Assembly: GCA_028534125.1 (NCBI GenBank) | Contig: CM052817.1 | Span: forward strand, 4,590,001-4,654,000 | Origin: Lama glama | Lineage: Eukaryota | DNA length: 64,000 bases | Reading direction: 5' to 3' | Part shown: positions 63,737-64,000 of the stretch, piece by piece | Numbering within the stretch: position 1 is the stretch's first letter | Layout: every line of letters begins with the position of its first letter | The notes under the pieces: generated by a model | The model's database searches: none | Seen by the model: the letters and a program-made list of their open reading frames with translations, nothing else | What the model was told of the DNA's origin: nothing | Made by a program: the position numbers and the translations under genes

Positions 63737-64000
63737 TGTTACGGAAACGACAGGCCAGTCAAGAAACAAGCACCACTCGGAGGGTTGGAGTACTCAGATG
63801 TATTACGCCGGCGGTCTCAGAGGGGCTTCTGCTCCGAAGCTCTGAGCACCTCCAAGACGTGCGCATGAGGTTTTATAGGGTAAAGTACAAGCTTGGGGTA
63901 TTCGGCCAATAGGCATGGAACAGCTTTAGCAGCATCATTATCACAAAAGTGAAGGCAGGGAGGCAGCAAACCAACATTCCAAAGCCAGATACGTATCTTT
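63737..64000 (-). mobile_element. Probable further ERV LTR, cut by the window end
   Basis: Begins TGTTAC like the other LTRs; ttttata (minus-strand TATAAAA) at about 63871; relatively CpG-rich. Confidence 0.55.

Noticed and set aside
1..64000. CRISPR arrays, prokaryotic operons or a novel multi-gene system
   Set aside because: The sequence is explained by a spliced mammalian gene plus interspersed repeats; I saw no regularly spaced repeat-spacer array or gene cluster.

Overview
Mammalian genomic DNA, most likely camelid judging from the tRNA-derived SINE type. It carries nine consecutive internal coding exons of EVC2 (limbin, Ellis-van Creveld syndrome 2) on the + strand. Exon lengths of 135, 140, (325, cut by a gap), 240, 176, 160, 455, 205 and 123 nt, with canonical AG/GT ends and compatible phases, match what I recall of human exons 8-16. 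They encode the single transmembrane helix and the long coiled-coil cytoplasmic region. The gene starts before and ends after the window. A 500-N assembly gap removes the 3' part of the exon-10 equivalent. The introns hold a near full-length decayed antisense LINE-1, at least six antisense ERV solo LTRs, MaLR/ERVL LTRs, DNA transposon remnants, SINEs and simple repeats. I found no evidence of a novel multi-gene system, and most ORFs in the track are spurious or repeat-derived. The most unusual local structures are a 44-bp duplication of a splice donor with a GT->GC second copy, a poly(A)-less internal L1 ORF2 fragment inserted with a 13-bp duplication, two same-family LTRs flanking an in-frame exon, a dispersed 26-bp duplication, and candidate enhancer and RFX motif clusters. 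Repeat family names and human/bovine comparisons come from recall, not database searches.
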